From assembly GCA_963663545.1 (NCBI GenBank), contig OY760505.1, positions 2,656,001 through 2,720,000 of the forward strand: a DNA stretch of 64,000 nt, given 5' to 3'. The translations under genes were made by a program, and so were the position numbers. Below, in pieces: positions 39,819 through 50,970 of the stretch (its first letter is position 1; each line of letters starts with the position of its first letter). The DNA comes from Candidatus Delongbacteria bacterium (GTDB lineage Bacteria > CAIWAD01). The notes below the pieces were generated by a model. The model was not told the DNA's origin and did not search any database. It saw nothing but the letters and a program-made list of their open reading frames with translations.

Positions 39819-40534
39819 TGTCTGTCTATCGCGACTTATTGAAAAAAGAGCAGGCCGAGGAAGTCCGTAAGTCGACGGGTGAGGCTACGACCAGTAGTGC
39901 GATTCAGAGTAAGTATCCCTATCCGCAGGATCTGATGCACATGGTCGATCGTGTTATTGATGCTGAATATCGCACGATATCAATTACAAGTGCTCGCGAA
40001 GGAGCCGGTGCAAGCTTCGTAGCGAAGGAGTTTTCTCAAGTTCTAGCGCAGAACCTTGCGAAATCAATTGTTCGAGACGATAAGGCCCGTGATCGTGTGC
40101 TTTTAGTAGAAGTGCGCTTGGATAAGAAGCGCGATCAGGCTCTTGCTACTGATTTGGACTCCGATTCTCTGATGGCGCAGACAATGATGTATAATAAGGA
40201 TCAGTATCCTGGTGTGGATTACATTGCCGCAGTACCCTCTGGTCAAGCGCCACTAGAGTTCGTGAACTCCTTGTGGAGTTTTCACGAGCGATCAGGATTT
40301 TTCTCACGGTGGCAAGTAGTGGTATTCGACTTACCGCCTGTGTTATCGTATCGCGAGACCCTCGCACTTACCAGGCGTACAGATGCTGCCTACCTTGTTG
40401 TCGAGCATTCTGGTACGAAGTATGATATTGCATCGGCGGCAGCGCGACTTATTCGTCGTGGTGGTAATTTGGCTGGTGCTATCTTAAACAAGAGGCAAAT
40501 GCGGATTCCTATGTGGTTGTATAGAATCATATAG
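39818..40534 (+). CDS. CpsD/CapB-like BY-kinase domain, Walker A degenerate
   Basis: ITSAREGAGAS, RVLLVE, VVFDLPPVL, GAILNK. Translationally coupled (TAATG) to the co-polymerase gene. Confidence 0.72.
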   Translation: MSVYRDLLKKEQAEEVRKSTGEATTSSAIQSKYPYPQDLMHMVDRVIDAEYRTISITSAREGAGASFVAKEFSQVLAQNLAKSIVRDDKARDRVLLVEVRLDKKRDQALATDLDSDSLMAQTMMYNKDQYPGVDYIAAVPSGQAPLEFVNSLWSFHERSGFFSRWQVVVFDLPPVLSYRETLALTRRTDAAYLVVEHSGTKYDIASAAARLIRRGGNLAGAILNKRQMRIPMWLYRII

Positions 40535-40543
40535 GGGAATTGC

Positions 40544-42004
40544 GTGATAAAACACCTGATATCCTCTGCGGTAGCTATAGTATTTGCAGTTCTTGTATTT
40601 TCCTATGTTACCCAAGATAATCGACTTGCTTTGGCTGCGATCGCTGCCATAGCAATGGTTGTTATTGTTGTTACACCTTTACGCGTGATGACGATACCTA
40701 TTATCTTCCTACTAGATGAAATTGTGTTTACATTCGGATACGGGTCGAATCGGCTTTTTGGCGCACGTATTGGTTTTGCGGATGTGTTAATCGTTGTTAG
40801 CGCTGTTTACTATTTGACCGCAAATCTAGTGCAGTATCATCGTGATCGCATTGTAGTTCCGAACATGCTCTCGTGGCTTGCTTTAATTGTTCTTGGTTGT
40901 GTTAATTTGATGATGTTTAATACGTATTCCGAACAGTCGATATTATTTTTACAGATGTTCATTATCGAGCCGTTTTTAGTAATATTTATTGCCATGTATA
41001 CGCTGCGTTCTAGAAGAGACATTGTAATAGCTGTGGCATCAATGGGGCTTATTATGTTAATTTCTAATATATGGTACGTTGATCGTCTTTACGAGGTTAC
41101 GGGTAATTTGTTGCCTACTGGTGTTATTGATTTGTTGGATTTGGCAAATGCAATGCCAGACTTGTACTCCAATAAAAACATTTATGGTGCGATAAACGTA
41201 ATTTTCGCCATATTAGGCATCTACTTCTACCGTTCGCAGCATTCAAGAATCAAGAAACTAGTATTTCTCATACCTACGTTTGTATGTCTGTACGCGATTC
41301 TTCTATCGTTGTCGAGAGGTGTTTATGCGTCATTACTTCTAGCACTAGTGTTAGTAGCTCTATTATCCGGTGGTAGGGTCGTCGGAAACTTGATCTCAAT
41401 TGTAGCTGTTTCTGCAGCACTCTTTGCCGTAAGCGTTGCAACTGGTTTGTTGGAGGTGATGGCAAATAGATTTGCAGCTGGCGATTTGAATCGCATCGAG
41501 TTGCTTCATCAGGTGTCAACGATTATTGGGAATTATCCAATATTTGGTGTTGGAATGCATGAGGCGTATTATCAGGATGCGATGCGAGATTTAGGGATTA
41601 TTTCAATTTCAGGCGTATATGCCCATCCTCACAATAGTTATTTGCAGGCTGCGGCATTTTTTGGTTTGCCAGGAATGATTTTGCTTGTTAGTATTCTCGC
41701 CAATATCTGTATATTGTTGTTTAGGACTCCGGCGGAGGGTTCAGATCGATACCTCCGAACAGGATTTCTGACTGCGGTGATAGCGATGCTGGTTGATTCT
41801 AGTACAGATTTCATTTTGTTTAACATGTACTCGAGTCATGCTTTCTGGATAACGGCAGCCGTAGCTTTAGCGTGGGTGTCGAGTAAAAATCGAGAGTTGG
41901 GATTACATCCAACTGAGCCTTTGTCTAGAACGCAGGCGAAAGGTGTACAGCAAACTAGCGACGAAAGCGCACAACCGGGCGAGATTGAAGCGAGGCTTTT
42001 GTGA
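40544..42004 (+). CDS. O-antigen ligase/polymerase family protein (Wzy-like)
   Basis: Multi-TM, SLSRG, PIFGVG, HPHNSYLQ. Confidence 0.8.
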   Translation: MIKHLISSAVAIVFAVLVFSYVTQDNRLALAAIAAIAMVVIVVTPLRVMTIPIIFLLDEIVFTFGYGSNRLFGARIGFADVLIVVSAVYYLTANLVQYHRDRIVVPNMLSWLALIVLGCVNLMMFNTYSEQSILFLQMFIIEPFLVIFIAMYTLRSRRDIVIAVASMGLIMLISNIWYVDRLYEVTGNLLPTGVIDLLDLANAMPDLYSNKNIYGAINVIFAILGIYFYRSQHSRIKKLVFLIPTFVCLYAILLSLSRGVYASLLLALVLVALLSGGRVVGNLISIVAVSAALFAVSVATGLLEVMANRFAAGDLNRIELLHQVSTIIGNYPIFGVGMHEAYYQDAMRDLGIISISGVYAHPHNSYLQAAAFFGLPGMILLVSILANICILLFRTPAEGSDRYLRTGFLTAVIAMLVDSSTDFILFNMYSSHAFWITAAVALAWVSSKNRELGLHPTEPLSRTQAKGVQQTSDESAQPGEIEARLL

Positions 42005-43053
42005 TACTCAGTATAGGTCCATATCCTCCGCCTTTAGGTGGTATATCGGTGCATTTGCAACGTTTGAAGGCGCACCTTGATCGAGATGGGTATAAAAATG
42101 CTGTATGGAGTCGCTCACAGGCTAAAGATCATGAAAACAATATCCGACCAGTACGACAGAAGTGGCTGCGACCCCTTCTGTTTTTTAATCCACGATATAG
42201 CCTAATTCACTATCATGTATCTGGCTTTGAGGCTCGTAGCCTTGCTTCTTCAATGTGTCGTGCGTATAAAAATCGCAAGCATATCATTACATTGCATGGT
42301 GATGCACTACGCTTTGTGGCCGACCATCCAGAGCATTCCAAGAGCATATTTGAACCCTTTGATGCTGTCCTCAGTGTAAAACCTGGTGACGCGGAGCGAT
42401 TGCATGCTATGGGATTCAGTCGAAACATACGTTATATCTCGCCCTTCATTCCGCCCGTTGACGAAGATCTTGCCATTCAAAGCGACATTGTTTCTAATTT
42501 CGTTAATAAACATTCGTTAACTCTTTGTGCCAACGCAAGCAAAATTGTTTTCCATGACCAACAGGAGTTGTATGGATTGGATCTGTGCGTGGAGATGATG
42601 AGGCAAGTATGCAAAGTGCGAAAGGATGTAGGTCTAGTATTCTATTTGTCTAAATCCAATAATGCAGAATACATCGCTGAGCAGAAAGTAAAGGCTGAGA
42701 AGTATGGGGTAGCACAGCATATTCTGATTCACGAGTCGGAGGAGCAGTTTTATCCTTTGATCCGGAGGAGTGCCATCTTTCTTCGGCCTACGAATACCGA
42801 TGGCGAGCCGTTGTCTATTCGGGAGTCATTGTACTTCGGTGTCCCAGTGATAACAAGTGATGTTGTTCAACGCCCAAATGGATGCGTCTTGTTTCGTAAC
42901 AGGGATCCAAATGATTTGGCAGAGAAAGTGCTTGATGTCCTGGGAAACATGTCGGATCATTGTTTGCGCGTAGCGACATTACCCACTGTTTCCGGCTTGA
43001 GCGAGTTGATAGCTTTGTATCAACAGCTTGGTGAGCAGCCAGTTCAATTCTGA
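42001..43053 (+). CDS. Glycosyltransferase, GT4-like
   Basis: GPYPPPLGGISVH, FLRPTNTDGEPLSIRES. Confidence 0.85.
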   Translation: MILSIGPYPPPLGGISVHLQRLKAHLDRDGYKNAVWSRSQAKDHENNIRPVRQKWLRPLLFFNPRYSLIHYHVSGFEARSLASSMCRAYKNRKHIITLHGDALRFVADHPEHSKSIFEPFDAVLSVKPGDAERLHAMGFSRNIRYISPFIPPVDEDLAIQSDIVSNFVNKHSLTLCANASKIVFHDQQELYGLDLCVEMMRQVCKVRKDVGLVFYLSKSNNAEYIAEQKVKAEKYGVAQHILIHESEEQFYPLIRRSAIFLRPTNTDGEPLSIRESLYFGVPVITSDVVQRPNGCVLFRNRDPNDLAEKVLDVLGNMSDHCLRVATLPTVSGLSELIALYQQLGEQPVQF

Positions 43054-44372
43054 AAATTCACTTTCGACTCTATCCATTTGTACTTGCGATCTGCTGGTCG
43101 ATGTATTCGTGATACTACAGTAGTTTTGAACTTCATGGTGTCACCAAAATATCCCCGCAAAATAGGAAGTACTTCAGCGAACTCACTGGCTACGAGCTGT
43201 GGTTCGTGTTCAGATTGCAAAATGACTTCGACGAGCTCAAGACTGTGCTGAATCACTTTACAAGATGTGTAAAGCTTACCACCGCGAAATGCATAGGAAA
43301 TGAGTGATGGCGCAATGAAGCCGCCAGAAGTCGAGAAGAGCCGGTCGGCTAGCCGCCCTTCAACATACTCGATAGAAGGAAACAAGTGCAGCGGACCGTC
43401 GCTATTATTGATTCCGCTGACATGATCATGTGTGGCGTATCGAATCATCGGAACGACATCGTTGTACAGATTGGTGCCAAGCACTTCATGTTCTTCCCCG
43501 AGGAACTCAGTATAGTACGCGCCAGGCTGAAAGTGAAGGCGTTTGCTTCCAGGAACCCACCCCGCTGTCGTAACACACTCGCTCTGCCCGTAAAGGTTGT
43601 GAACTGCAGTTTCCGGGAAAGTCCTATTCATTTGAGCTAGCTGGAAGTCATCCAGAACTTCAGAGGAGACGAAAATCGCTTTGGGATGAGCTAAGTCGTT
43701 CGCCCGTCCTGTTTGCTCAAGCACTTCAGCAAAGCGTGCAATTGCGGAAGGCACACCGTGATAAAACGGAATATTGGCTGAGCGAAGTGCAACTAGAATT
43801 TCGTCCAAGTATTCCGGTTCAAGACGCACATGGTTAACACGCAGGACGCGTGCTTCCTTGAAAAGGATGGTCGACTGCCCAGCTGGGACGCTGCCGCGAA
43901 ACTCAACGCGGCCAGCAGATGGCCTGAATCCATAGTGCTTCCAATATGAAACGGCAATAGCACCTTCAATTTTGAACAGCTTCAGCGGAACAGGCAAGCG
44001 TAACAGTTGTCCGGTGGAGCCGCTTGTCGCTTTTTCGCCAAGAAGATGCAGGTTTGTGCCCTGGACAATCATGTCCGCTGTGCAATTGACAATATCAGTC
44101 TTTCGGATAATAGGAATCTGTAAAATGTCTTCTGGATTCCGCAGAGTAGCAGGGTGGAAACCGTGTCGATCGTAGTATTCACGATAGAATTTGGTTTTAT
44201 GATAAGCCAAGTCCACAATATGTTGCAGCCGATGAAATTGGATGGCCCTGATTTCATCACGGCTTTTTTTCTTCAGACTTGTCAGATAATGCGAAAAGGT
44301 ATAAAAGTTATGATCGAAGGTTCTAAGCGAATAGGGGATTATTGATTTCAGCTTGGTCCAGAGGTATGCCAT
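43044..44372 (-). CDS. CapK/phenylacetate-CoA ligase-like adenylate-forming enzyme
   Basis: TSGSTG, YGQSE, MIRYATHD, EGR. Confidence 0.85.
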   Translation of the reverse strand: MAYLWTKLKSIIPYSLRTFDHNFYTFSHYLTSLKKKSRDEIRAIQFHRLQHIVDLAYHKTKFYREYYDRHGFHPATLRNPEDILQIPIIRKTDIVNCTADMIVQGTNLHLLGEKATSGSTGQLLRLPVPLKLFKIEGAIAVSYWKHYGFRPSAGRVEFRGSVPAGQSTILFKEARVLRVNHVRLEPEYLDEILVALRSANIPFYHGVPSAIARFAEVLEQTGRANDLAHPKAIFVSSEVLDDFQLAQMNRTFPETAVHNLYGQSECVTTAGWVPGSKRLHFQPGAYYTEFLGEEHEVLGTNLYNDVVPMIRYATHDHVSGINNSDGPLHLFPSIEYVEGRLADRLFSTSGGFIAPSLISYAFRGGKLYTSCKVIQHSLELVEVILQSEHEPQLVASEFAEVLPILRGYFGDTMKFKTTVVSRIHRPADRKYKWIESKVNFQN

Positions 44373-44386
44373 GGGTGGTTCCTCCT

Positions 44387-45610
44387 TTAGATGTCAGTAG
44401 TATTGTGTAGGCTAGTGAAAGCTTCCTCGAAAACCTGCATGGTTTTCGTCCAACTGAAGTTCTGCGCGAGTTCTCTACAAGCTTCGCGCTGGTTATCGCT
44501 TCGGAGCTCCAACAGCGAACGCAGCGCAGAAGCCAATTCTGGCAGCAGACAAGTGGTTTCTTCCCATACGATGCCAAGTCCAGTAGCTCGGACCATTTCG
44601 GAGCAGTCTCCAATGCCTGGAGAGAGTAACACGGGTAACCCTGCCCCAAGATAATCTGCGAATTTCACTGGCGAAGCAACGCGATTGAGCAGATTATCAT
44701 GCCGAATCAAGCAACCAACGTCTCCCACGCTCATCATGGGTCGCACTTCTGCTGGAGGAACCCTTAAAACGGCATAATCCTGCTTTGCTAATCCACAAGC
44801 TTCGGCGTATTTGGATGCCAGATCTGGAGCCCCAGTAAGCACAAGTAGAAATGCTTCAGGAATGTAGTCGCGCAGCTTGCCATAGAGTTGAATAAGATCC
44901 TGTGCGCGTTGCCAGCTCAACATGGATCCGGAGTAAAGCAGCACAGGTCTTTTCCCAATTCCAAGTTCCTCGCGTTTGGTCTCTCGCCACTCAGCACTTG
45001 GTAAAGGCTCGATAATTGTTGAGCTGGGTGTCACCCAGATTTTGTCAGCTGGCGTGTCGTAGGATTCCTGTATCCAATTCTTGAAGTAGTTTGAGACAAC
45101 GAAGACAAGATCAGCATTTTTAAGCGCACTCGCTTCCCAGCTACGATAGATCCGAATGTCAGCAGACTCGGGATCTGCACCGTTGAAGATCATCTCCGGT
45201 TCAAAAGCCCCGTGAATATCGTACACAAGACGAGGAAATCCTGGAATGCGGCTCCTTAGCTTTGCACAAGCTGCTCCCGTCCAGATCGTGTGAGCCGAGA
45301 TGATGTCATACTTCCGTTTTTTCACTATTTGATGAATAAGAAAAGCGCGCAGTGAAAGAATAAGCTGTGGGAATGGGCGAATACGAAAAAAGGGAATCGT
45401 CTTCAGGAGGACATTCACACCCTCCATTTCAAGCTGTTTGCGGAAGGCTAAGATTGCCTCACGATTACTGGCTAGGATGCTTCGAATGGGCATCAACAGT
45501 ACATCAACGTCATGCCCTGCCCGTTTTAGTGCGCGAATTTCATCGGTGATCTGAATTGAGTTGCCGGAAATCTTCCAAAGCATCCCGCTAGTTATATAGA
45601 GAATCTTCAA
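44387..45610 (-). CDS. Glycosyltransferase, GT4-like
   Basis: YDIHG, VVSN, LYSGS, ASPVKFADYLGAGLPV. Confidence 0.85.
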   Translation of the reverse strand: MKILYITSGMLWKISGNSIQITDEIRALKRAGHDVDVLLMPIRSILASNREAILAFRKQLEMEGVNVLLKTIPFFRIRPFPQLILSLRAFLIHQIVKKRKYDIISAHTIWTGAACAKLRSRIPGFPRLVYDIHGAFEPEMIFNGADPESADIRIYRSWEASALKNADLVFVVSNYFKNWIQESYDTPADKIWVTPSSTIIEPLPSAEWRETKREELGIGKRPVLLYSGSMLSWQRAQDLIQLYGKLRDYIPEAFLLVLTGAPDLASKYAEACGLAKQDYAVLRVPPAEVRPMMSVGDVGCLIRHDNLLNRVASPVKFADYLGAGLPVLLSPGIGDCSEMVRATGLGIVWEETTCLLPELASALRSLLELRSDNQREACRELAQNFSWTKTMQVFEEAFTSLHNTTDI

Positions 45611-45614
45611 ACTG

Positions 45615-47867
45615 CTACCTCACAATGTCAAAGCTCAGAGCTCCGTCCTTCTTCACGCAATTGACTCTACCTGTTGCCGGGAGGTCGGTTACCATAGGTA
45701 GGCGGGCGCGCATTGTGCCCGCTGGTGATGCAATTGTGCAGGTTGAGTCATTCACGCATAGCAGTCTATCCGTTTTATTGACAAGGGAATACGGTACTCG
45801 AACAAGCTTTGCGCCAGGTTCAAGGACATGAAGCGAATCAATGGAATAGACCAAGTGGGTATTGTCCTCTGAACTTATTTTGAGCACGGCTAGGCGCTTC
45901 GGGTCTGCTACTACATGCCGAAGACAGCTTCGCTGAAACTGCCTGTCAGAGCTAGTACAAGATTGATATCGGTATGCTTGTTCTTGCAATCCATATCGGG
46001 TTGAGATTGCTCCTGCCCAATCTTCGTTACCATACGATTCAAGCGCATGAAACTGCCCCTTTGTGTCAATAGAGCACAAGTGGAAACCATGATTGCCACC
46101 TAACTCCACAGGAGCAATAAAGTTACACTCGAGTTTGCTGTACTCACCTTGTAGCTCATCCACAATCAGAAGGAGGTCTTCTAACAACACGATTTGACGT
46201 AAGAAAGCAACGCCGTGAAGAGAAACGTCGGACCATGCCAGCAGGGGTAGCTGATTTGTGTAACCCGATCCGATCACTTCCGGTAGCTGGTAAACGCCAA
46301 ATCGCTTGCTGCTAACGTCGCAATGATCTTGCTCGTCTACGCGAATAGTGGAGTGGGAGCTTGTGCTTCGATACAGACGTCGCAGATTGTCAGGGCCATT
46401 GTAAAGGTAAGTCCCAGGGTCACTTAGGAGCTCATTTCCTTGAAACCACAGGAGGATCTGGTTGCAGTCTGCATGACGATGACTAGCCCCGACTCGCGGA
46501 ATCACAACTCCAGCTCCTCCTCGAAGAAGGAAGTAGATTCCCTTGCTGGAATTTTTATACAGTATTAAGTTTGAAGTGGCGCGGTAGTTCACGGCTGAGT
46601 CTTCTTGCGACATGTTGTGCGAAACAGGCGGCGTTTCTGGTCCACATAGCCAGATGGATTCCGAATCGTGACCTAGCGATTGCGCCAGCAGTCCGGGCCG
46701 ATGTAGAATTCTTCCTGCTGTAGCGGCAATGCGTGAGCGGTGCGAATGGGGATCTGAATCCAGGAAGTATGCCAATGCATCGTCGGCATCTCCAATGTAC
46801 GCTATTCGACCATTTGGTAGCACAGAATCCAAGGCAATTTCTGTAGCCTTGACAAGGCGATCATCCAGAAAATCAAAGCTGTGATCACTCAGGCGTGTAG
46901 CGAGGGCGCGACATAACAACGCCCACTCTAGCACGTAGTAATGATAATTGCTGGCAAACTCTGCCTGTTGTCCGTCTGCCAGAAGCTGGAGATCCAATGC
47001 CGCGAGCAATCCCTTGCGCGCCCTTGTGCGCCATTGCGTCGTCTGCTTGCCTGCGGGCAAAATGCTGGCAGCAATCCACAATCCTGCAGATTCGGCAATC
47101 AGATGATTGTGAGAATGTGATTTGTCAGGATTGTAGTACCAAGCGAGTGTATTCGTCTGTAGATTAATGGCTTGTAGGAGGTCCGCCAAGAATGCTTCGG
47201 GCACAAGCTCGTGGTGTAGGAGCAAGAAGAGGACAAAGATCCACTGAGTAGTTCGGACGGCATGCTCCTGGATTTGCGGTCCGATCCAAGCGATTCCATG
47301 CCCCACGGGATTATGATCCCACCAGTCGTAAAACAACAACTGGAGCAGTTCCAAGTCCCTTGGATCCTGTCGAAGGAGCCACGCCTGTGCTAGGCGGACG
47401 AGGTACAGATGCCGGTGCAAATCCCATAAATGCCGAATCTCTCCTGGGCGCGATTCTGATGAGTAATCGATCTTGCGATACCAGGAATCCGGCCATCGTT
47501 TACCCGTAACCAGGTCCAAATGCCAGTCGGGGGGCGAAGAGATGGGCCTGTGCGCCACGGGTACAAACTGGGAGAAGTCCCCTTGGTGCAATCTGTCGGC
47601 ACTTCGCAAAATCTGCTCGCACTCGGCCTTACGGTGATTCTGCAGCCACAAGACGCTGGCGGCAAGGGACTTGTCGTTGAATAAGAATTGGGGAGATTGC
47701 CCCGAGCGCATTGCTCGCACTTTTGCAATCCAGGAGTGGCTTTTAGGAGCCGGATATCTACTGAAATGCTCTCGACTCTGCCATACGCGAAATTTCCAGA
47801 CTTCACAGATATGCCGGCGCATTCGACTGTATCTTGTTACCAGCGCTCTGACAATACGATTTACCAT
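45615..47867 (-). CDS. Heparinase II/III family (alginate lyase-like) protein
   Basis: DWHLD, WDLHR, NPVGHGIAW, NHL, DGQQAE..NYH, HRHAD, DPGTYLY, HSTI. Confidence 0.82.
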   Translation of the reverse strand: MVNRIVRALVTRYSRMRRHICEVWKFRVWQSREHFSRYPAPKSHSWIAKVRAMRSGQSPQFLFNDKSLAASVLWLQNHRKAECEQILRSADRLHQGDFSQFVPVAHRPISSPPDWHLDLVTGKRWPDSWYRKIDYSSESRPGEIRHLWDLHRHLYLVRLAQAWLLRQDPRDLELLQLLFYDWWDHNPVGHGIAWIGPQIQEHAVRTTQWIFVLFLLLHHELVPEAFLADLLQAINLQTNTLAWYYNPDKSHSHNHLIAESAGLWIAASILPAGKQTTQWRTRARKGLLAALDLQLLADGQQAEFASNYHYYVLEWALLCRALATRLSDHSFDFLDDRLVKATEIALDSVLPNGRIAYIGDADDALAYFLDSDPHSHRSRIAATAGRILHRPGLLAQSLGHDSESIWLCGPETPPVSHNMSQEDSAVNYRATSNLILYKNSSKGIYFLLRGGAGVVIPRVGASHRHADCNQILLWFQGNELLSDPGTYLYNGPDNLRRLYRSTSSHSTIRVDEQDHCDVSSKRFGVYQLPEVIGSGYTNQLPLLAWSDVSLHGVAFLRQIVLLEDLLLIVDELQGEYSKLECNFIAPVELGGNHGFHLCSIDTKGQFHALESYGNEDWAGAISTRYGLQEQAYRYQSCTSSDRQFQRSCLRHVVADPKRLAVLKISSEDNTHLVYSIDSLHVLEPGAKLVRVPYSLVNKTDRLLCVNDSTCTIASPAGTMRARLPMVTDLPATGRVNCVKKDGALSFDIVR

Positions 47868-48114
47868 ATGCCCTGCCTAGGCTGGCTGATTGTATCCAGA
47901 AAGCACATGTGCACGTTCCGACAATGACATAGGATCTACGACTTCACGCATCACAGTTAACTTGATAGTGCTCAGGAAATATAGTAAAATCAGCGGCTGA
48001 ATGCGAACTGTGGCCGGTTTTGGAGCCCATGTGAGTGAGTAGCGGCCCTTGCCGTTGGTGAATACTAGCCAAGTTATCTGCAGTAATAACTGTACACTGG
48101 GGACGATAAGCCAC

Positions 48115-49581
48115 ATGGTGTTCAAACGCATCGCAAAAGATTCTGCATTGTTTTCCATCGCCAACTTCGGGTCGCGTATTCTTGGGATGCTACTGGTTCC
48201 GATGTACGTACAGTACATCAATCCTGAAGAGTATGGCCAACTGGATTTTCTGCAGACTTTATCCGGGATTCTATCGATGGTGCTGGTCTGCGGATTGCCC
48301 TCCGCGCTAGTGCGCTTCTATCATTCTGTCGCCTCTGAGAATAAGCCCTATCTGGCCTCTACTGGGCTTCTTTCCATCACTGCTTTTAGTTTTCCTATTG
48401 CATTGCTGATTTTCATTTTTGCGCACCCCATCGCTGACACGTTTTTTCCTTTCCAGGACAGTTACCTCTACATCCGGGTTTTATCGGTTTCTTTCGCCTT
48501 GCATCTGTTGATCAACTACCTTCACTCGTTACTTATTCTCCATGGTGCCTCCCGTACTTTTGTTGCCATTAGTCTTTCACATACGGCGTTATCGCTACTC
48601 CTGAATATTGTGCTGATCGCTGGTGTCAAGCTCGGGATCCTGGGATTGTTGTTGTCCTCCGCAATCAGCTACGCGTCCGAAGTTGTATTTCTCCTGCTAT
48701 TTGGACGTAGACTACTCGTATTTTCGTTTCGAAAAGAGTATTTCGGAATGATGATTCGGTTTGGCGCACCAATGATTTTGGCGAGTATTTCTGGTTGGGT
48801 GCTCTCTGCTTCGGACCGATTTTTCCTTGTTCATTATTCTAGTTATGAGCAAGTTGGTTTGTATTCGATCGCTTACAAATTTGCCAGTGGACTGAATTTT
48901 CTATTCTTCACGCCCTTTATTCGTGCATGGACAAGAACAATTTTTGCGGAACAAAATAGTGCTGGGCTTAAGGAGGTTATTTCCAGAACGGCTCGCTATT
49001 ATGTTTCCGCAGCCCTTTTCTTTGCTGTAACAGCTTCCGTGTTTATTCCGGAGATACTCCGGATACTAACTAACCCCGAGTACTATAGCGCATATTCTGC
49101 GTTTCCCCTGTTAATTGCATCATTTGTAGCGTTTAACTTTAACCGTTTATTAGAGGTGCCCTTGCATTTGAAGAATAAATCAGGGCTTTCTGCTAGTCTC
49201 GGTATGTTTGCGATGTGTCTTAATCTGGTGCTGAACTATTTGTTAATACCGAAGTTTGGTATTTTGGGGGCTGCCCTGGCCACTTATCTTTCATATACGG
49301 CAAACAACGTTGCCTTCTATTTGTGTGTACAAAAATTCAATCCAGTAGCCTACCCCATTGCGCCTTCTTTTATTTTCCTGGTGGGTGGTATTCTTGTAGT
49401 TGGTGTTTGCCTGTATCCAGGATTCTCTATCTCTTGGCCACTGAAAATCCCAATTACCCTTTCGTATTTGCTATTGTTGGGACTGTGGAATCGCAAGGAC
49501 TTGGCCCTTGCTACGCAAAGGGCGTTGGAGTTGAAGGAGCAATACATAGCGAGAAGGGGTAGCCGCGGTCCAGGTGCCTGA
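48115..49581 (+). CDS. wzx: Wzx-type oligosaccharide flippase
   Basis: Multi-TM, PEEYG, SDRFFL, VGLYS, LLIPKFGILGAALAT. Confidence 0.85.
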   Translation: MVFKRIAKDSALFSIANFGSRILGMLLVPMYVQYINPEEYGQLDFLQTLSGILSMVLVCGLPSALVRFYHSVASENKPYLASTGLLSITAFSFPIALLIFIFAHPIADTFFPFQDSYLYIRVLSVSFALHLLINYLHSLLILHGASRTFVAISLSHTALSLLLNIVLIAGVKLGILGLLLSSAISYASEVVFLLLFGRRLLVFSFRKEYFGMMIRFGAPMILASISGWVLSASDRFFLVHYSSYEQVGLYSIAYKFASGLNFLFFTPFIRAWTRTIFAEQNSAGLKEVISRTARYYVSAALFFAVTASVFIPEILRILTNPEYYSAYSAFPLLIASFVAFNFNRLLEVPLHLKNKSGLSASLGMFAMCLNLVLNYLLIPKFGILGAALATYLSYTANNVAFYLCVQKFNPVAYPIAPSFIFLVGGILVVGVCLYPGFSISWPLKIPITLSYLLLLGLWNRKDLALATQRALELKEQYIARRGSRGPGA

Positions 49582-49623
49582 AATTTGCTCCTCGGCAGAC
49601 GTGAATAACGAAAGGATTCTTGC

Positions 49624-50634
49624 ATGTGTGCGCGAATAATGTATGTCACTATTCTAATCGGCTTCATGTGTGGGGGCTGTACCGAGTCAGAGGACTCAAT
49701 CGACATCGTGCATGTTGACGTTGAGCGTACCACCGATCTCGTAGTCCAAGTGAATGAGTTACTCGAGATCGCTGAGAATACCAGTTTTATCAATGGCGCT
49801 TCGCTCTATCTATCTGCAGGTTCTGGAATTGTTTTCTCCAACGACGTTCAGCTGAGCATTGATGGAAACCTGATCGCCACTGGCAGTTCGTCGTCTGCTG
49901 TGGGCATAAGTAGTTCTAATTCTATACACCAAGGAGGAATCAGGGTGAATGGGGACAGCCTGGTTCTGGAACATACTCGGGTTTCTAACCTGAATATGGG
50001 GGTGATTGCAGAAGGGTGTTTTGCTATTCTCAACGGTATCACTGTAAGTGGGTGCGAATCTGGCCTATGGTTGGATGATGCTAATGGAACGGTCTCAGAT
50101 GTGAGCATTAGTGCCTGCGATTTTGGATTGAGGATTTCTGAAAGCTCTGTTGTGATGAGTCAGTTAGATGTGCAGAGCAATAACACTGGAGTAAGTCTTG
50201 ATCATAATTTCAGTGAGATTAACGCAAGTTATTTTTCAGAGAATATTATTGCCATCAGGTGCATTGGGATGGATTCAACGCTAATTCTGGATTCAGACTT
50301 CTTGACCAATGATAAAAGCGTGGAGTTCCATTACGCTTATCCCGTTTTCCGCGGCAATCGATGCAGGGGAAGTCGCATCGATCTCTACTTGCTTACCTAT
50401 TCACGACGTAATGTTCATATTGAGCAGAACGATTTTTTAAGTGCTGAACAGTATTCCGTTTGCATTCCTCACCTAGAGTGGGATAACTCTCACGCGGTAG
50501 ATATCAGCGGCAATTATTGGGGTACTACAGATGAGGAGGAGATCGCTACTCGGATCCGCGATGGATTTGATGATGAGTTATGTGACACGCTGGTGTTTGC
50601 ACCCATCGCAATCTCGCCGCTCACTAATTTCTAG
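49624..50634 (+). CDS. Putative lipoprotein with right-handed parallel beta-helix repeats
   Basis: Short signal with CGGC, ~22-aa periodic G-[ILV]-x-[ILV] repeats, C-terminal DISGNYWGTTD. Confidence 0.7.
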   Translation: MCARIMYVTILIGFMCGGCTESEDSIDIVHVDVERTTDLVVQVNELLEIAENTSFINGASLYLSAGSGIVFSNDVQLSIDGNLIATGSSSSAVGISSSNSIHQGGIRVNGDSLVLEHTRVSNLNMGVIAEGCFAILNGITVSGCESGLWLDDANGTVSDVSISACDFGLRISESSVVMSQLDVQSNNTGVSLDHNFSEINASYFSENIIAIRCIGMDSTLILDSDFLTNDKSVEFHYAYPVFRGNRCRGSRIDLYLLTYSRRNVHIEQNDFLSAEQYSVCIPHLEWDNSHAVDISGNYWGTTDEEEIATRIRDGFDDELCDTLVFAPIAISPLTNF

Positions 50635-50970
50635 CCGGATACGTGAGGAAGAGGCAAGGTCCGAATTCACGGTAGTTTGGTGAAGTCGATTGCCCTGTCC
50701 ATGAGTAGCTCTTGTCCATCAAGTGTTCCGATCCTGGCGCAGCTAATTGTGTTTGGTTTGACAATTATCTATGCGATGGGATAACTTGAGGTCGGTATGG
50801 GCGATCTCTTTGCCGAATGCTAAATTTGATACTCGGTTTCTTGATGCTTTATTGGTGTTGGCTTCTCTTATAAATTTGAAGCTGTGTAATTTGATGAGAG
50901 TGTCTAACATTGAATCAATAAGAGGAATTGTTGCGTAGAGGGAGCATTAAGCCGTTTAATTGCAGGATCA

